40,321 nucleotides of DNA from an uncultured Chthoniobacterales bacterium (GCA_934667795.1 CAKUMP010000002.1:1-40321); one strand, 5' to 3'; shown: positions 1 through 8,828, counted from the first letter of the stretch. Program-made: numbers and translations. The notes: generated from the letters alone by a model not told the origin.

Positions 1-693
1 GTCATTCATATCGTGTGTGGAGAACATGCCACCGAATTTGCGGGCGAAGAAATGGGGCGAGGAATGCTGTCCTTTGTATTAGGGGAAAATGAAACGGCCC
101 GCGCTTTGCGACAAGCCTTTATTTTTGATATCATCCTCACAGCAAATCCGGATGGAAATTACCACGGATGGCATCAATACAATGCGCGCGACTGGGCTGC
201 ACATAATTATTCAGATGGACAAGACCGAAGCTGGCATCATGAGTTTGTTCCTTTTTTACTCGGTGATCCGGGAGTTTATTCTACTGAAACTCATGCATGG
301 ATGAACTGGTTGCGTGTCACACGCCCTGCGCTTTACTTGAATTTTCATAGCTGGGAAGGACATCATGGACAAGCCGGTGCGTTTCATGCAGCCCCAGAAG
401 ATCTGTCAGAAGAAATGCAAACCGTTGTAAAAACGCTTAACCACCTTGCTAAAGCTGTCGCGGCAGAATTAGGAGAATCGTTTATTACCAACCCCTCGCA
501 AAGAAATCAACGCCATCTGGCTGGGCTGCTCATGGCACAGAATGTTTGTTCCGCCTATCTCTTCGAAGCACATGGCAATTGGGGAAGAAAACGCCTGCAA
601 CAATTCGGAACCAACTTGCTCCCCCGCTTGCTACAAGACGAAACCCTCAATCTCATTTCCTATAAATCAACCCGTTGGGAACCTTTTTTATAA
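1..693 (+). CDS. M14-like zinc carboxypeptidase family protein, 5' end outside the window
   Basis: Frame 1 is open from nt 1 (VIHIVCGEHATEF...), which gives an HxxE zinc-ligand motif. It is followed by ...LTANPDGNYHGW..., typical of the M14 fold. The listed ORF start at 13 is a GTG inside this open frame. Confidence 0.55.
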   Translation, partial: VIHIVCGEHATEFAGEEMGRGMLSFVLGENETARALRQAFIFDIILTANPDGNYHGWHQYNARDWAAHNYSDGQDRSWHHEFVPFLLGDPGVYSTETHAWMNWLRVTRPALYLNFHSWEGHHGQAGAFHAAPEDLSEEMQTVVKTLNHLAKAVAAELGESFITNPSQRNQRHLAGLLMAQNVCSAYLFEAHGNWGRKRLQQFGTNLLPRLLQDETLNLISYKSTRWEPFL

Positions 694-701
694 CCACAAA
701 A

Positions 702-1580
702 CTATTTTAAAGGTTTAGAGTTATTTTGTGATAGCAAAATTATAAGAGGTGTAAGAAAATTTTTTATTACAGATACGATATCCTCGAAAGATTCGGGTAC
801 CCGATTTTGCTGAAGCCTTTTATGAAAAGCCAACCATTGTATCTGCTTGCTATCGATGAAAGACTGTTCGAATGCTTCTATTTTTGAAGGCAATGAAGTT
901 CCCCTTTTTTGGAAGGTGCGGCGAATTGCTTCGGTCAGTTGCAGTTCATCGAAATCGAACTGTCGTGAAAGGAGCCATATATCATAAAAATCCTTCATGC
1001 GACTGTTCACTATACCAAGCTTTACCATAGCTTCAAACTTTTCCGCAATGGCGCTTTCACGGCTGTAACAAAGCAGATTCGGCTTGGGGAAATTCAACAT
1101 GCTTGGCAAATCCGCTTTTTCAGGTCCAGGGTAAATGATGTCACCAAATCCAATGTCTATTTGCATATTGATTTTTGCAGAGCCTAGCATTCCATAAAAT
1201 CTGATCTTGATCCCTTCGTAAGCGGCGTTCTTGGTTATTCGTTCGGAATAAATTGAGGCGGGATCAAAAGTCAGCCCATCGGGCTCCACATCCACAGCCA
1301 TGATTTCCTGAATCTGAGCGACAATATCAACTTCTTTGCTGCTGGTTTTTCCCAGCATGTCAATATCCATGGTTGAGCGAAATTCCGGAGAGCGCCAAAC
1401 TCTCAACATCAGAGCACCCTTGAGAATGAAGCGCTCCTTATGTGCGGATCGGGATAGGCGGAATAAAAACCGTTCCATGGCATAGTACTGGAGGAGTTCG
1501 TTGAACGGCCTTTTATCGATTTTGGCGCGATTTAAAAGACGTTGATGGATAGATGGGGAAATGTTTTTTGGGGATTTCAT
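702..1580 (-). CDS. abiEii: AbiEii/AbiGii-family nucleotidyltransferase toxin (type IV TA, DUF1814)
   Basis: The 292-aa product has the family-typical N-terminus SIHQRLLNRAK...FNELLQYYAMERFLFRLS and the NTase motif ILKGALMLRVW...STMDIDM. Its ATG overlaps the stop of the upstream antitoxin gene (ATGA at 1577-1580). Confidence 0.85.
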   Translation of the reverse strand: MKSPKNISPSIHQRLLNRAKIDKRPFNELLQYYAMERFLFRLSRSAHKERFILKGALMLRVWRSPEFRSTMDIDMLGKTSSKEVDIVAQIQEIMAVDVEPDGLTFDPASIYSERITKNAAYEGIKIRFYGMLGSAKINMQIDIGFGDIIYPGPEKADLPSMLNFPKPNLLCYSRESAIAEKFEAMVKLGIVNSRMKDFYDIWLLSRQFDFDELQLTEAIRRTFQKRGTSLPSKIEAFEQSFIDSKQIQWLAFHKRLQQNRVPESFEDIVSVIKNFLTPLIILLSQNNSKPLK

Positions 1581-2170
1581 ATGCTCGCTTCCAGATAGGG
1601 GAATATCACTTTTTCAACACGGCAGATTTTTGCGTATTTAAGTAGTGCATCAAGATTAAATTGTTTGTGCGTTTTGTAAAGTTTCAATGCCTCCAGTACT
1701 ACGTCCATTCCGATCTTGTTTCGAAATTTGAAACAGTCGATAAGTGTTTTCTCCGGGTTATAGATCTTAACTGGTACGCCATCGATTTGATGCTCTTCAA
1801 TACCTGCACGGAATGCCACACTAGAAAACCGGTGAACACTCAGTGGTGGGTAATCCAGGGATGGTTGGCGTGATTGTCTCGGTACGGCTATGGAAATACG
1901 ATGTGGAATCTGTGTCGTCATTTCATGATATGCCAGTGCTGATACAAGGCAAATAACTGCATTCGGAAAACGTAGCCCAATTATTACCAGATCAGGATTA
2001 CTGATAGAGGGCAGTTCCGCCAAACGGTACACTCCTCTGCTGACTTGTTCTATTATTCCTTTATCCCTAAGGGTGTAGAACATGTAACGGTTGATTCCAC
2101 GCTTAATAGCCTCGCCCATGCGTAGTTGTCCTCCGCATGAACGAAAAATATCTTCTGCTTTTTTCTGCAT
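1577..2170 (-). CDS. abiEi: AbiEi-family antitoxin / transcriptional regulator (wHTH)
   Basis: It has an N-terminal wHTH-like segment (GGQLRMGEAIKRGINRYMFYTLRDKGIIEQVSRGVYRL) and an AbiEi-type C-terminal domain. The track start at 2185 is a TTG; the first ATG is at 2170 (MQKKAEDIF...). It is translationally coupled to abiEii. Confidence 0.8.
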   Translation of the reverse strand: MQKKAEDIFRSCGGQLRMGEAIKRGINRYMFYTLRDKGIIEQVSRGVYRLAELPSISNPDLVIIGLRFPNAVICLVSALAYHEMTTQIPHRISIAVPRQSRQPSLDYPPLSVHRFSSVAFRAGIEEHQIDGVPVKIYNPEKTLIDCFKFRNKIGMDVVLEALKLYKTHKQFNLDALLKYAKICRVEKVIFPYLEASI

Positions 2171-2177
2171 TTTAATC

Positions 2178-2225
2178 TCAGACAAATTGTCCCTATTTGT
2201 TTGTAAGTGGTAACAGTTTGTCTGA
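2178..2225. promoter_or_regulatory. 12-nt inverted repeat in the abiE leader (candidate AbiEi operator)
   Basis: TCAGACAAATTG (2178-2189) matches the reverse complement of CAGTTTGTCTGA (2214-2225) at 11/12 positions. A minus-strand TTGACT (2243-2238) lies just upstream. Confidence 0.35.
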
Positions 2226-2294
2226 CTTGATTCGAAAAGTCAAATCTTTAATCACAGAATATAAGGATAAAATAGGTCCTCTGGTCTTCTGTGG

Positions 2295-3566
2295 TTAGAG
2301 TAAAAGGTGAGCGGCCTGGATGTATTGGTTTACATTATAGATGCCGATGGTTCCGACGCGTTCGGGGTTTTCTTCCAGATGGGGGACGCCTACACCTCCG
2401 TAGGTGGATAAGACAGGATCCGGTTTTACACAGGGATCGTTGGTGGTGATAAATCCACCATGTGCTTCGGGGAAGTCCGGAGAATCGATCTGACGGAAAA
2501 AATGCTGCACAATAATTTGTTTTGCTGCCGTTAAGGCGTCCGGACGATTCTGCTGGCGTGCGAAACGGATTAATCCGGGGGCCGGGTCTGCAACGGGGAA
2601 AAAGAGTGCGGCCTGGTCAGTAGTATGAGGGTTGTCTGCAGACGCACAGTAGGGGGTATGACTAAAATACCGAACTTGAGAGACAGAAAAATCGACCAGA
2701 CGATGCGTTATTTCCAGGATCTCCGCATTGTCCGGAAAAAATTGCAGGCACTGGATTAAGCCATTTAATAAATATCCATGAAAATGATTTTTGATGGATA
2801 AATCTCCTGGCTCTCCGGCGAGCGTGAAATCCTGTGGAAAAGAACCATCTGGATTTTGTACACGTTTCAGAGTTTTCTGCAATCGCTCCAGTCCTTCCAG
2901 AGCGCGCGCATCTTCCAGAATATTTGCACAAAATGCATAAATGCCCACCAGCATCCCGGCACGGGAACCAATACGACTGTCCTTGTTCTTTAAAACAAAA
3001 CCTTCTTCCGGCGTCCATGCGAAATAGGGCGAGATACCTCCTTCATGAAAAGCTCGTAAGAGCGGATCCGCAATTTGTCGTGCAGTGTCAAGATACCGTT
3101 GTTCTCCTGTTATTTGATACAAACGATAAAAGGGAGCAATCGCACGCATGCTGTACATTCCCGTATAACCTCCCACATTGCGCCAATAATAAACTAACCC
3201 GTGCGCTTCTTCTATAGGACCCTGATAAAGCCCACGCTCTCCGTCTGCCAGCATTCGCTCCGCATACGTAATTGCCCCCTCGTAAAAACGTTTCTCTCCG
3301 GAAACTTCCCAAATCGAAAGCAGGGTGTCAATTTGTTCCCCCATGTTGGAATGCGGGTATAACCAACGATAACTTTTATCACGGTAAAAAATAATATCGC
3401 GATATCCCGCACCCATTCCATCTTGTGCAGCCGCGTGGATGGTCGTCAGAAGCCAGTCTCCGGCATCAATAATCGATCGAAGTAATTCTTTACGAGGAAT
3501 AAATTCCAGAGGGTCGCGTACGGAATTAAAAAGTCCTTCACTTGCAGGAAGTATTCTCATGACCAT
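2295..3566 (-). CDS. hypothetical protein, probably an (alpha/alpha)6-toroid glycan-active enzyme
   Basis: This is a 423-aa ATG-start ORF with no signal peptide. Repeated helical-hairpin motifs with aromatic/Gly turns (e.g. VQNPDGSFPQDF, GLVYYWRNVGGYTG) are reminiscent of six-hairpin glycosidase/epimerase folds. It is the last gene of the LacI-linked operon. The function is inferred only. Confidence 0.45.
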   Translation of the reverse strand: MVMRILPASEGLFNSVRDPLEFIPRKELLRSIIDAGDWLLTTIHAAAQDGMGAGYRDIIFYRDKSYRWLYPHSNMGEQIDTLLSIWEVSGEKRFYEGAITYAERMLADGERGLYQGPIEEAHGLVYYWRNVGGYTGMYSMRAIAPFYRLYQITGEQRYLDTARQIADPLLRAFHEGGISPYFAWTPEEGFVLKNKDSRIGSRAGMLVGIYAFCANILEDARALEGLERLQKTLKRVQNPDGSFPQDFTLAGEPGDLSIKNHFHGYLLNGLIQCLQFFPDNAEILEITHRLVDFSVSQVRYFSHTPYCASADNPHTTDQAALFFPVADPAPGLIRFARQQNRPDALTAAKQIIVQHFFRQIDSPDFPEAHGGFITTNDPCVKPDPVLSTYGGVGVPHLEENPERVGTIGIYNVNQYIQAAHLLL

Positions 3567-3617
3567 ATCCCTATCATTGCTTTCAATAAACGAAAAGTAA
3601 ATTGAAGCTAAATGGGA

Positions 3618-6470
3618 TTATTCTTCGATCAAATACCAGTAGGTATGCTGTGCCTTTAATAGAAGTTCCACTACGGGTTTGCCCTGGCTAAGGATTTCTC
3701 CGGTCAGCGCATTTTTCAATGTCCGTTTTCCTTCTGGCAGCGTAAACGGATAGGTTCGACTGCTCAATGCATGAATGGAAACAAAATCGCCATTCATCAC
3801 CACTGAGTCTCCCGGAGGACCTGCAACAAAAACGCCCGTTTCTTGCGCAATGCGATGCAACAGATCGTTCTGCATCGCATTAGGTACTCCAAAGAAAATC
3901 GACGTCCAGTCGTCCATTTTTTTGACAGCAAAGCCTGTTTCGTTGCTTTCCGGATAATATCCTAGAACCGTTGCTTCCGGATCTATGACGGAAAACAGAT
4001 GGTAGGTAAACCCATATTCCCCGGCGCCGTGAAGCGAAAAAATGGAAGCCAGAGTATCGGACAAATTCTGGAACGGGCGTACTCCCCGGATAAAAGGATG
4101 TGGTTCTTCGGAAATTTTCAGAGTGCTTCGCATTGGCTCGGGCGACACCGTTAATTGCATTCCAACCAGTTTCGACTGCGCTTCGATAGATGGGCCATTT
4201 TCTGTGAGATATCCGGTGTCGTGCATCCAGATAATCGTACGTCCACCGGTGGCTAAATATTTCCGTATGCCCTCGCGTTCTTCTTTTGATAAATACGGGC
4301 TCTGATAAAAAATATAAATTTTATATTTTTGAAGTTCCGGGTCATTCAAAATATCGATCAGGCTATGAACATGGTACGGCACCCCACTGGTATTCAGCGT
4401 CCATCCATGGGCGGCGAGGATCATGAGATGAATGCTGGCAATATTGGAATAAACGCTGCTTTGGTGGCGGTTGCCCTGGTGGCTGTCGCCTACGTCGGTG
4501 GTGACCATCACGACTCCCGGCTGGAATTCGGAAGGTTCTTTTTGGTAAAATTTCTGGGACCGGTTGATGGTATCCGCGATTTCTGTCATGATTTCGGGAG
4601 CCTGGTAGTAATTCCCCATATCGTAATACCAGAAGCCAAAATGATTCGCCAACGAGATCCCTGCGAGGTGAAGATTGATGGCTTTCCAGCGTTCCGGAGT
4701 ATCGCCGGCACCAATCCAGCGTTGATAAACTTCTTTATATTGTGAGCCCACCCAGGAACGTAAATCGATTTCCTGAAAAATCAGTTTGCCATGTCGGGGA
4801 GCTCCATTTCCCGGGTTAAATCCAATCGCATGGCCCGGATTTCTAAACGGGTAATACGTCATGGTTCCGGCACCATCCAGATGTTTGGAAGTATAAAAAT
4901 ATTGCGTCGGTGGTGTCCCGTACGTGAGGGCCAAGACTGGGCGCTCCATGCCGGTTTTCAGGATGCCTGCAACTTCATCACGAAATGCCCACGTGGACTC
5001 TTCCTTGAACTCCCCATACAGCGGATGTAATCCGCTCGTGTAGATGGACGGGTTTTTAGTTTCTTCTGCAGGGGGCTTATCGTAATCCGGTAATTCGATT
5101 TCCTGAAAAGTACGATAGGTTGTCCCGAGGGAAGAATTAAGGGCAGAAATTGTCTGATACTTTTTTGTCAGCCATTGATGGAACGCATTTCTGGATGGTT
5201 CGGAATTATCGGTTCCGGTATAAATAAACTGCCCGTCCTGTCCGCTGGTAACAAAGAATCCGGCGACGGATTTTCCGTAGGGTGAAGTTTTAAGATGTTC
5301 TGTGATTGCTTTTAAAACGTCAGCAATATCGCTTTGCCACTTTTCAGAATAAATGGAAGGGTAGGCGTGTAGTTTGGATTTGGGATCAAAGAAAGTGGTT
5401 GCATCGGCTGGAGCTGTGCCCTGCTGGTTAAAAGCAGTGGTGAGCACCACTTTTCCATTGGGTTTGCGCATCACTTCTGAAGGGTTTTCATCGCCCCATT
5501 CCGGATAAGGATACATCCAGATATCCAGGATGATTTTTGCGTCCGGATCCTTTTGCAGGACTGCGAGTAATGTTGCATCGACCTGTTCAAGGTTATATTT
5601 TCCTGCGCCTTCCCAGACCGTATCGGGATAAGTTGAGGAGGGACCTAAACGCAATGCAGTTACCATTAATGGAATTTTAGCGTTGCCAAATCCTTTGTAG
5701 TCTCCGCGATCCTTGCTGGACTCCAGACCTTTATAAATGACCGGTGCTGTTACCTCTCCATTTACCTGAAGTTGAGTCATGGTATGTTTTTGTACCAGCG
5801 TTGCAGTTACTGGCTCGCGAGATTCCTGATGTTCCAGTACTTGTTCTTTGGAAAATGGAAAGGCGTATTCTTTTTTTTCTGCGGTGATGACAGGAGTTTC
5901 ACCGGCGTAGAATTCCAGGTTATCGATTTGCACATCAAATGTCGCTCCCATTAGGACAAGGTTTAAATAAACATCTTGTTCATGATTGCTTTTAAAGGTA
6001 ATGACTCGTTTTTCCCAGCGACCGGGCGGGGTATTGATCACCAGGCTCTGGCTGCTCCATCCTGCTGAGCGGTCGATGCTGTCATATCGTAACGAAGAAG
6101 TAATGCCACCGACCCGGAAAAGTAACAATGCGCCAATCGGGGCATTTTCTGCACGAAACCATCCACGAAAAGTATAAGTCACGCCTGCTTTGACACGGAT
6201 CGGACGCTCTGAGCGCAACACCAGATAGCCGTCGGTTTCTGTTACGGAAATTTGTAACGCGGATTCTCCTTCATAGCCTGGGGAGACTTTTGCGATAGAT
6301 CCTTTTGCTCCCTTGCGCGGTAGTAATTTCCAGCCGCCTTCTGTTTCAAAACTGCCATTGATCGCAAGATTTGAAATCTCCGATTCGCTCTGCTGCGCTG
6401 TAACGCTTTGTTTTTGCATTAAACAAAAACCAAGAAGACAGCAAAATAGAATGCGTGAAAACAATAACAT
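3618..6470 (-). CDS. secreted putative glycoside hydrolase (N-terminal CBM-like beta-sandwich plus GH42-like catalytic and trimerisation-like domains)
   Basis: The signal peptide is MLLFSRILFCCLLGFCLMQKQSVTAQQ. A NGSFETEGGW... start is typical of CBM4/9/22-type modules. A later segment, KYKIYIFYQSPYLSKEEREGIRKYLATGGRTIIWMHDTGY, resembles the GH42 beta-galactosidase domain-B pattern. The family assignment is from memory of motifs, not from a search. Confidence 0.5.
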   Translation of the reverse strand: MLLFSRILFCCLLGFCLMQKQSVTAQQSESEISNLAINGSFETEGGWKLLPRKGAKGSIAKVSPGYEGESALQISVTETDGYLVLRSERPIRVKAGVTYTFRGWFRAENAPIGALLLFRVGGITSSLRYDSIDRSAGWSSQSLVINTPPGRWEKRVITFKSNHEQDVYLNLVLMGATFDVQIDNLEFYAGETPVITAEKKEYAFPFSKEQVLEHQESREPVTATLVQKHTMTQLQVNGEVTAPVIYKGLESSKDRGDYKGFGNAKIPLMVTALRLGPSSTYPDTVWEGAGKYNLEQVDATLLAVLQKDPDAKIILDIWMYPYPEWGDENPSEVMRKPNGKVVLTTAFNQQGTAPADATTFFDPKSKLHAYPSIYSEKWQSDIADVLKAITEHLKTSPYGKSVAGFFVTSGQDGQFIYTGTDNSEPSRNAFHQWLTKKYQTISALNSSLGTTYRTFQEIELPDYDKPPAEETKNPSIYTSGLHPLYGEFKEESTWAFRDEVAGILKTGMERPVLALTYGTPPTQYFYTSKHLDGAGTMTYYPFRNPGHAIGFNPGNGAPRHGKLIFQEIDLRSWVGSQYKEVYQRWIGAGDTPERWKAINLHLAGISLANHFGFWYYDMGNYYQAPEIMTEIADTINRSQKFYQKEPSEFQPGVVMVTTDVGDSHQGNRHQSSVYSNIASIHLMILAAHGWTLNTSGVPYHVHSLIDILNDPELQKYKIYIFYQSPYLSKEEREGIRKYLATGGRTIIWMHDTGYLTENGPSIEAQSKLVGMQLTVSPEPMRSTLKISEEPHPFIRGVRPFQNLSDTLASIFSLHGAGEYGFTYHLFSVIDPEATVLGYYPESNETGFAVKKMDDWTSIFFGVPNAMQNDLLHRIAQETGVFVAGPPGDSVVMNGDFVSIHALSSRTYPFTLPEGKRTLKNALTGEILSQGKPVVELLLKAQHTYWYLIEE

Positions 6471-6485
6471 GCTATTCAGAATTTT

Positions 6486-6716
6486 TTAATATCCACCGAT
6501 GACTTTTACATCATCTATCAGGCCTTGAATCGGCCAGGTGCCGTACCAGGATCCGCCGATCGTAAAAAATTCCTGGAACTCGGTCAGCTCTTCCGGGATG
6601 TTCTTTTTTTCAACGACTTTTTCGTCAAACGAAACTTCGAAATTGCTTTGCCCAAATACGCTCAAGACAGGCGCGACGAATATCGCCACCATCAAATAGA
6701 CTGGTAATATTCTCAT
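6486..6716 (-). CDS. 76-aa secreted mini-protein with a LamG-like C-terminal strand
   Basis: Its ATG overlaps the stop of the PEP-CTERM gene (ATGA at 6713-6716). It has a signal peptide (MRILPVYLMVAIFVAPVLSVFGQ) and ends in ...GLIDDVKVIGGY, like the last strand of LamG/ConA-type domains. Confidence 0.4.
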   Translation of the reverse strand: MRILPVYLMVAIFVAPVLSVFGQSNFEVSFDEKVVEKKNIPEELTEFQEFFTIGGSWYGTWPIQGLIDDVKVIGGY

Positions 6717-7645
6717 GCGACATTCTTTCGGGAGTTATAGCGAGAACCTGTGGCACGCATCAAAAAGCCAAGCCCCACGACAAGCATTATCCCACTCGAT
6801 GGCTCCGGAATAGGAACGACATCATTCCAGGTCGTCCCCATGACAAAATTATCAAAGTAGTAGTCTTTTGAAGTTTCTGCCCGGTTGATAAATTCCATCC
6901 CGATGGAGTTGAATTGCGAAATAGGGTTCCCATTAGCATTACTGGTAAATAACAAGGGGGTTCCTTGATCTCCTTGTGCTGGATTGACCCAGAATCGTGC
7001 TTGATCGTACACGTTCCCTGCACCGGGCGTACTTTTACTGAATTCCAATACAAATAAATAGGTGGTGTCTAACGCAAATGCAGGAGCAGATGAAGCAGTA
7101 CTGCTCGCCGAAGAATTTGTGCGCAAAAAGAATCCTGAGGTTGTACCCACTTGCAGCACTCCACCATAAGGCCCTCCCGAAGACCCCGCCCAGAATGCCA
7201 TTCGATCTATGTGCGAAACAACTCCTCCGGTTTGACGAAATACAAAACTGAAAAATACACTGTCACCTGTATAAGTTTGAGACAAGGTGCGCTGAATGGC
7301 CGTTGAGGTCTGAATAGATCCGCCCACAGGCGCGCCATTTGCCGTAATACGCAATCCCGTGTTTCCTCCCTCAATCAGCCCGCCGTCCTCTACCTGATAA
7401 TCATAAGTCGTACTCGTAATCACCCCGGGCGTATTGGTCGAATTGGTCCACCCACTCGCAAATCCACTCCCTCCATTTAATCCACTCAATGCACTACCAC
7501 TCGTATAATCAAATGAATCCTGCGCCAGAACTGTTGCAGAAACGTCAGGCGGATACATAGAAATTACACCCACTGCACTCACTGCAAATATACCAAAACA
7601 GGAAGAAAGGCATCGGTTCATTTTCCCAATAAACCGCTTTTTCAT
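6713..7645 (-). CDS. PEP-CTERM sorting-domain protein with a lectin/ConA-like domain
   Basis: The C-terminus VPIPEPSSGIMLVVGLGFLMRATGSRYNSRK is a PEP motif plus TM helix plus basic tail. A signal peptide follows the ATG at 7645 (MKKRFIGKMNRCLSSCFGIFAVSAVGV). The longer ORF to 7789 would overlap the divergent lacI start. Confidence 0.85.
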   Translation of the reverse strand: MKKRFIGKMNRCLSSCFGIFAVSAVGVISMYPPDVSATVLAQDSFDYTSGSALSGLNGGSGFASGWTNSTNTPGVITSTTYDYQVEDGGLIEGGNTGLRITANGAPVGGSIQTSTAIQRTLSQTYTGDSVFFSFVFRQTGGVVSHIDRMAFWAGSSGGPYGGVLQVGTTSGFFLRTNSSASSTASSAPAFALDTTYLFVLEFSKSTPGAGNVYDQARFWVNPAQGDQGTPLLFTSNANGNPISQFNSIGMEFINRAETSKDYYFDNFVMGTTWNDVVPIPEPSSGIMLVVGLGFLMRATGSRYNSRKNVA

Positions 7646-7665
7646 TGCTTTTTCAATAGTCTTGT

Positions 7666-7682
7666 AATGCAATTGTTGCATT
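7666..7682. promoter_or_regulatory. palindrome AATGCAA-TTG-TTGCATT in the divergent lacI / operon intergenic region (candidate LacI-family operator)
   Basis: Perfect 7-nt arms are separated by 3 nt. The site lies between the operon start (7645) and the lacI start (7698). Confidence 0.4.
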
Positions 7683-7697
7683 GATATTGGAAAAGTA

Positions 7698-8774
7698 ATG
7701 AAACAGTCTGAAAATCCCCCTGTTACCCTCCAAATGCTCGCGGATCGACTTGGGTTATCTCGATCGACTATTTCCCGGGCATTGCACAATCACCCCAAGC
7801 TTTCGCAAGCGACGATTCAAAAGGTGCAGGCGTTGGCGAAGGAACTGGATTACCGAACCGACCCGGAAGTAAACCGCCTGATGGTGCATTTACGGCATCG
7901 AAAAAAAATGTCCAGTCGGCCGACGGTTGCATTGGTGATTAATCAGAAAATCCCTTTTGACCTGACGGGACCGGAGAGTGGACAATCGGTACTGGTGGGG
8001 GCGGTGGAGCGGATTCAGGAATGCGGGTACCAGCCGGAAGTATTTAATCTGCATGAATTTAAAGAAAAAAATCTGCGGCTGGACAAGGTGTTGTATTCGC
8101 GAGGGATTCAGGGAGTCATTATCTGTCCTTTTGAATTTCCCGGGCCGCTGCCGGAGTTAAATCTTGAGCATTTCAGTGTGGTGCTGATTGGGCATTCGAT
8201 ACGTGCAGAACATTTACATCGAGTAGTGACGAATCAATACCAAGGGATGCGGGATTGTATTAAGGAGCTTGCATCTCGTGGATATCGGCGGGTGGGGGTG
8301 ACGCTGGATTTTCATACGAATGGACGGACAAATGGGTTCTATACGGCTGCGTATTTTTTGGAAAAGGAATTGCGACCGGAGATGGAATTTTTACCGATTC
8401 ATACATTCGATTATTTTTCTCCGGAGAGCTGGTTGTCAGGATTTCGAAAATGGTATAAAGAACATCGCCCTGACGCGGTGATTGGGGTGCAGACATATCT
8501 CACACACCTTCAGCCCTGGCTGGAAAAACAGAAGCTAAGCATTCCGGATGAATTTGGAATGGTCGCATTGCATCTGGATCCGACCAATACCAGTTTTTCC
8601 GGTATTTTACAAAATTCTTTGTTGGTAGGACGTGCGGCGTCCAACACATTAGTGGGATTAATCCAGAACTATGAAATCGGGATTCCGAATCCTGCACACA
8701 TGATTTTAGTGGAAGGAAAATGGTATGAGGGAAGCACCTTGCGTCCAAGGGGAAATGATTTGTCTGAAGGTTGA
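7698..8774 (+). CDS. LacI-family transcriptional regulator
   Basis: It has an N-terminal HTH (TLQMLADRLGLSRSTISRALHNHPKLSQATIQKVQALAKELDYRTDP) followed by a periplasmic-binding-protein-like sugar-binding fold. The start is ATG. Confidence 0.9.
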   Translation: MKQSENPPVTLQMLADRLGLSRSTISRALHNHPKLSQATIQKVQALAKELDYRTDPEVNRLMVHLRHRKKMSSRPTVALVINQKIPFDLTGPESGQSVLVGAVERIQECGYQPEVFNLHEFKEKNLRLDKVLYSRGIQGVIICPFEFPGPLPELNLEHFSVVLIGHSIRAEHLHRVVTNQYQGMRDCIKELASRGYRRVGVTLDFHTNGRTNGFYTAAYFLEKELRPEMEFLPIHTFDYFSPESWLSGFRKWYKEHRPDAVIGVQTYLTHLQPWLEKQKLSIPDEFGMVALHLDPTNTSFSGILQNSLLVGRAASNTLVGLIQNYEIGIPNPAHMILVEGKWYEGSTLRPRGNDLSEG

Positions 8775-8828
8775 AAAGAAATGAGCTGGCCCGGTTGCAT
8801 ATTTGTTATCTGAGGTTATCTTGTAAAA

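Noticed and set aside
7646-7789. An N-terminal extension of the PEP-CTERM ORF (track start 7789).
   Set aside because: It would overlap the divergent lacI coding start (7698) and would place 48 non-signal residues before a good signal peptide that begins at the ATG at 7645.
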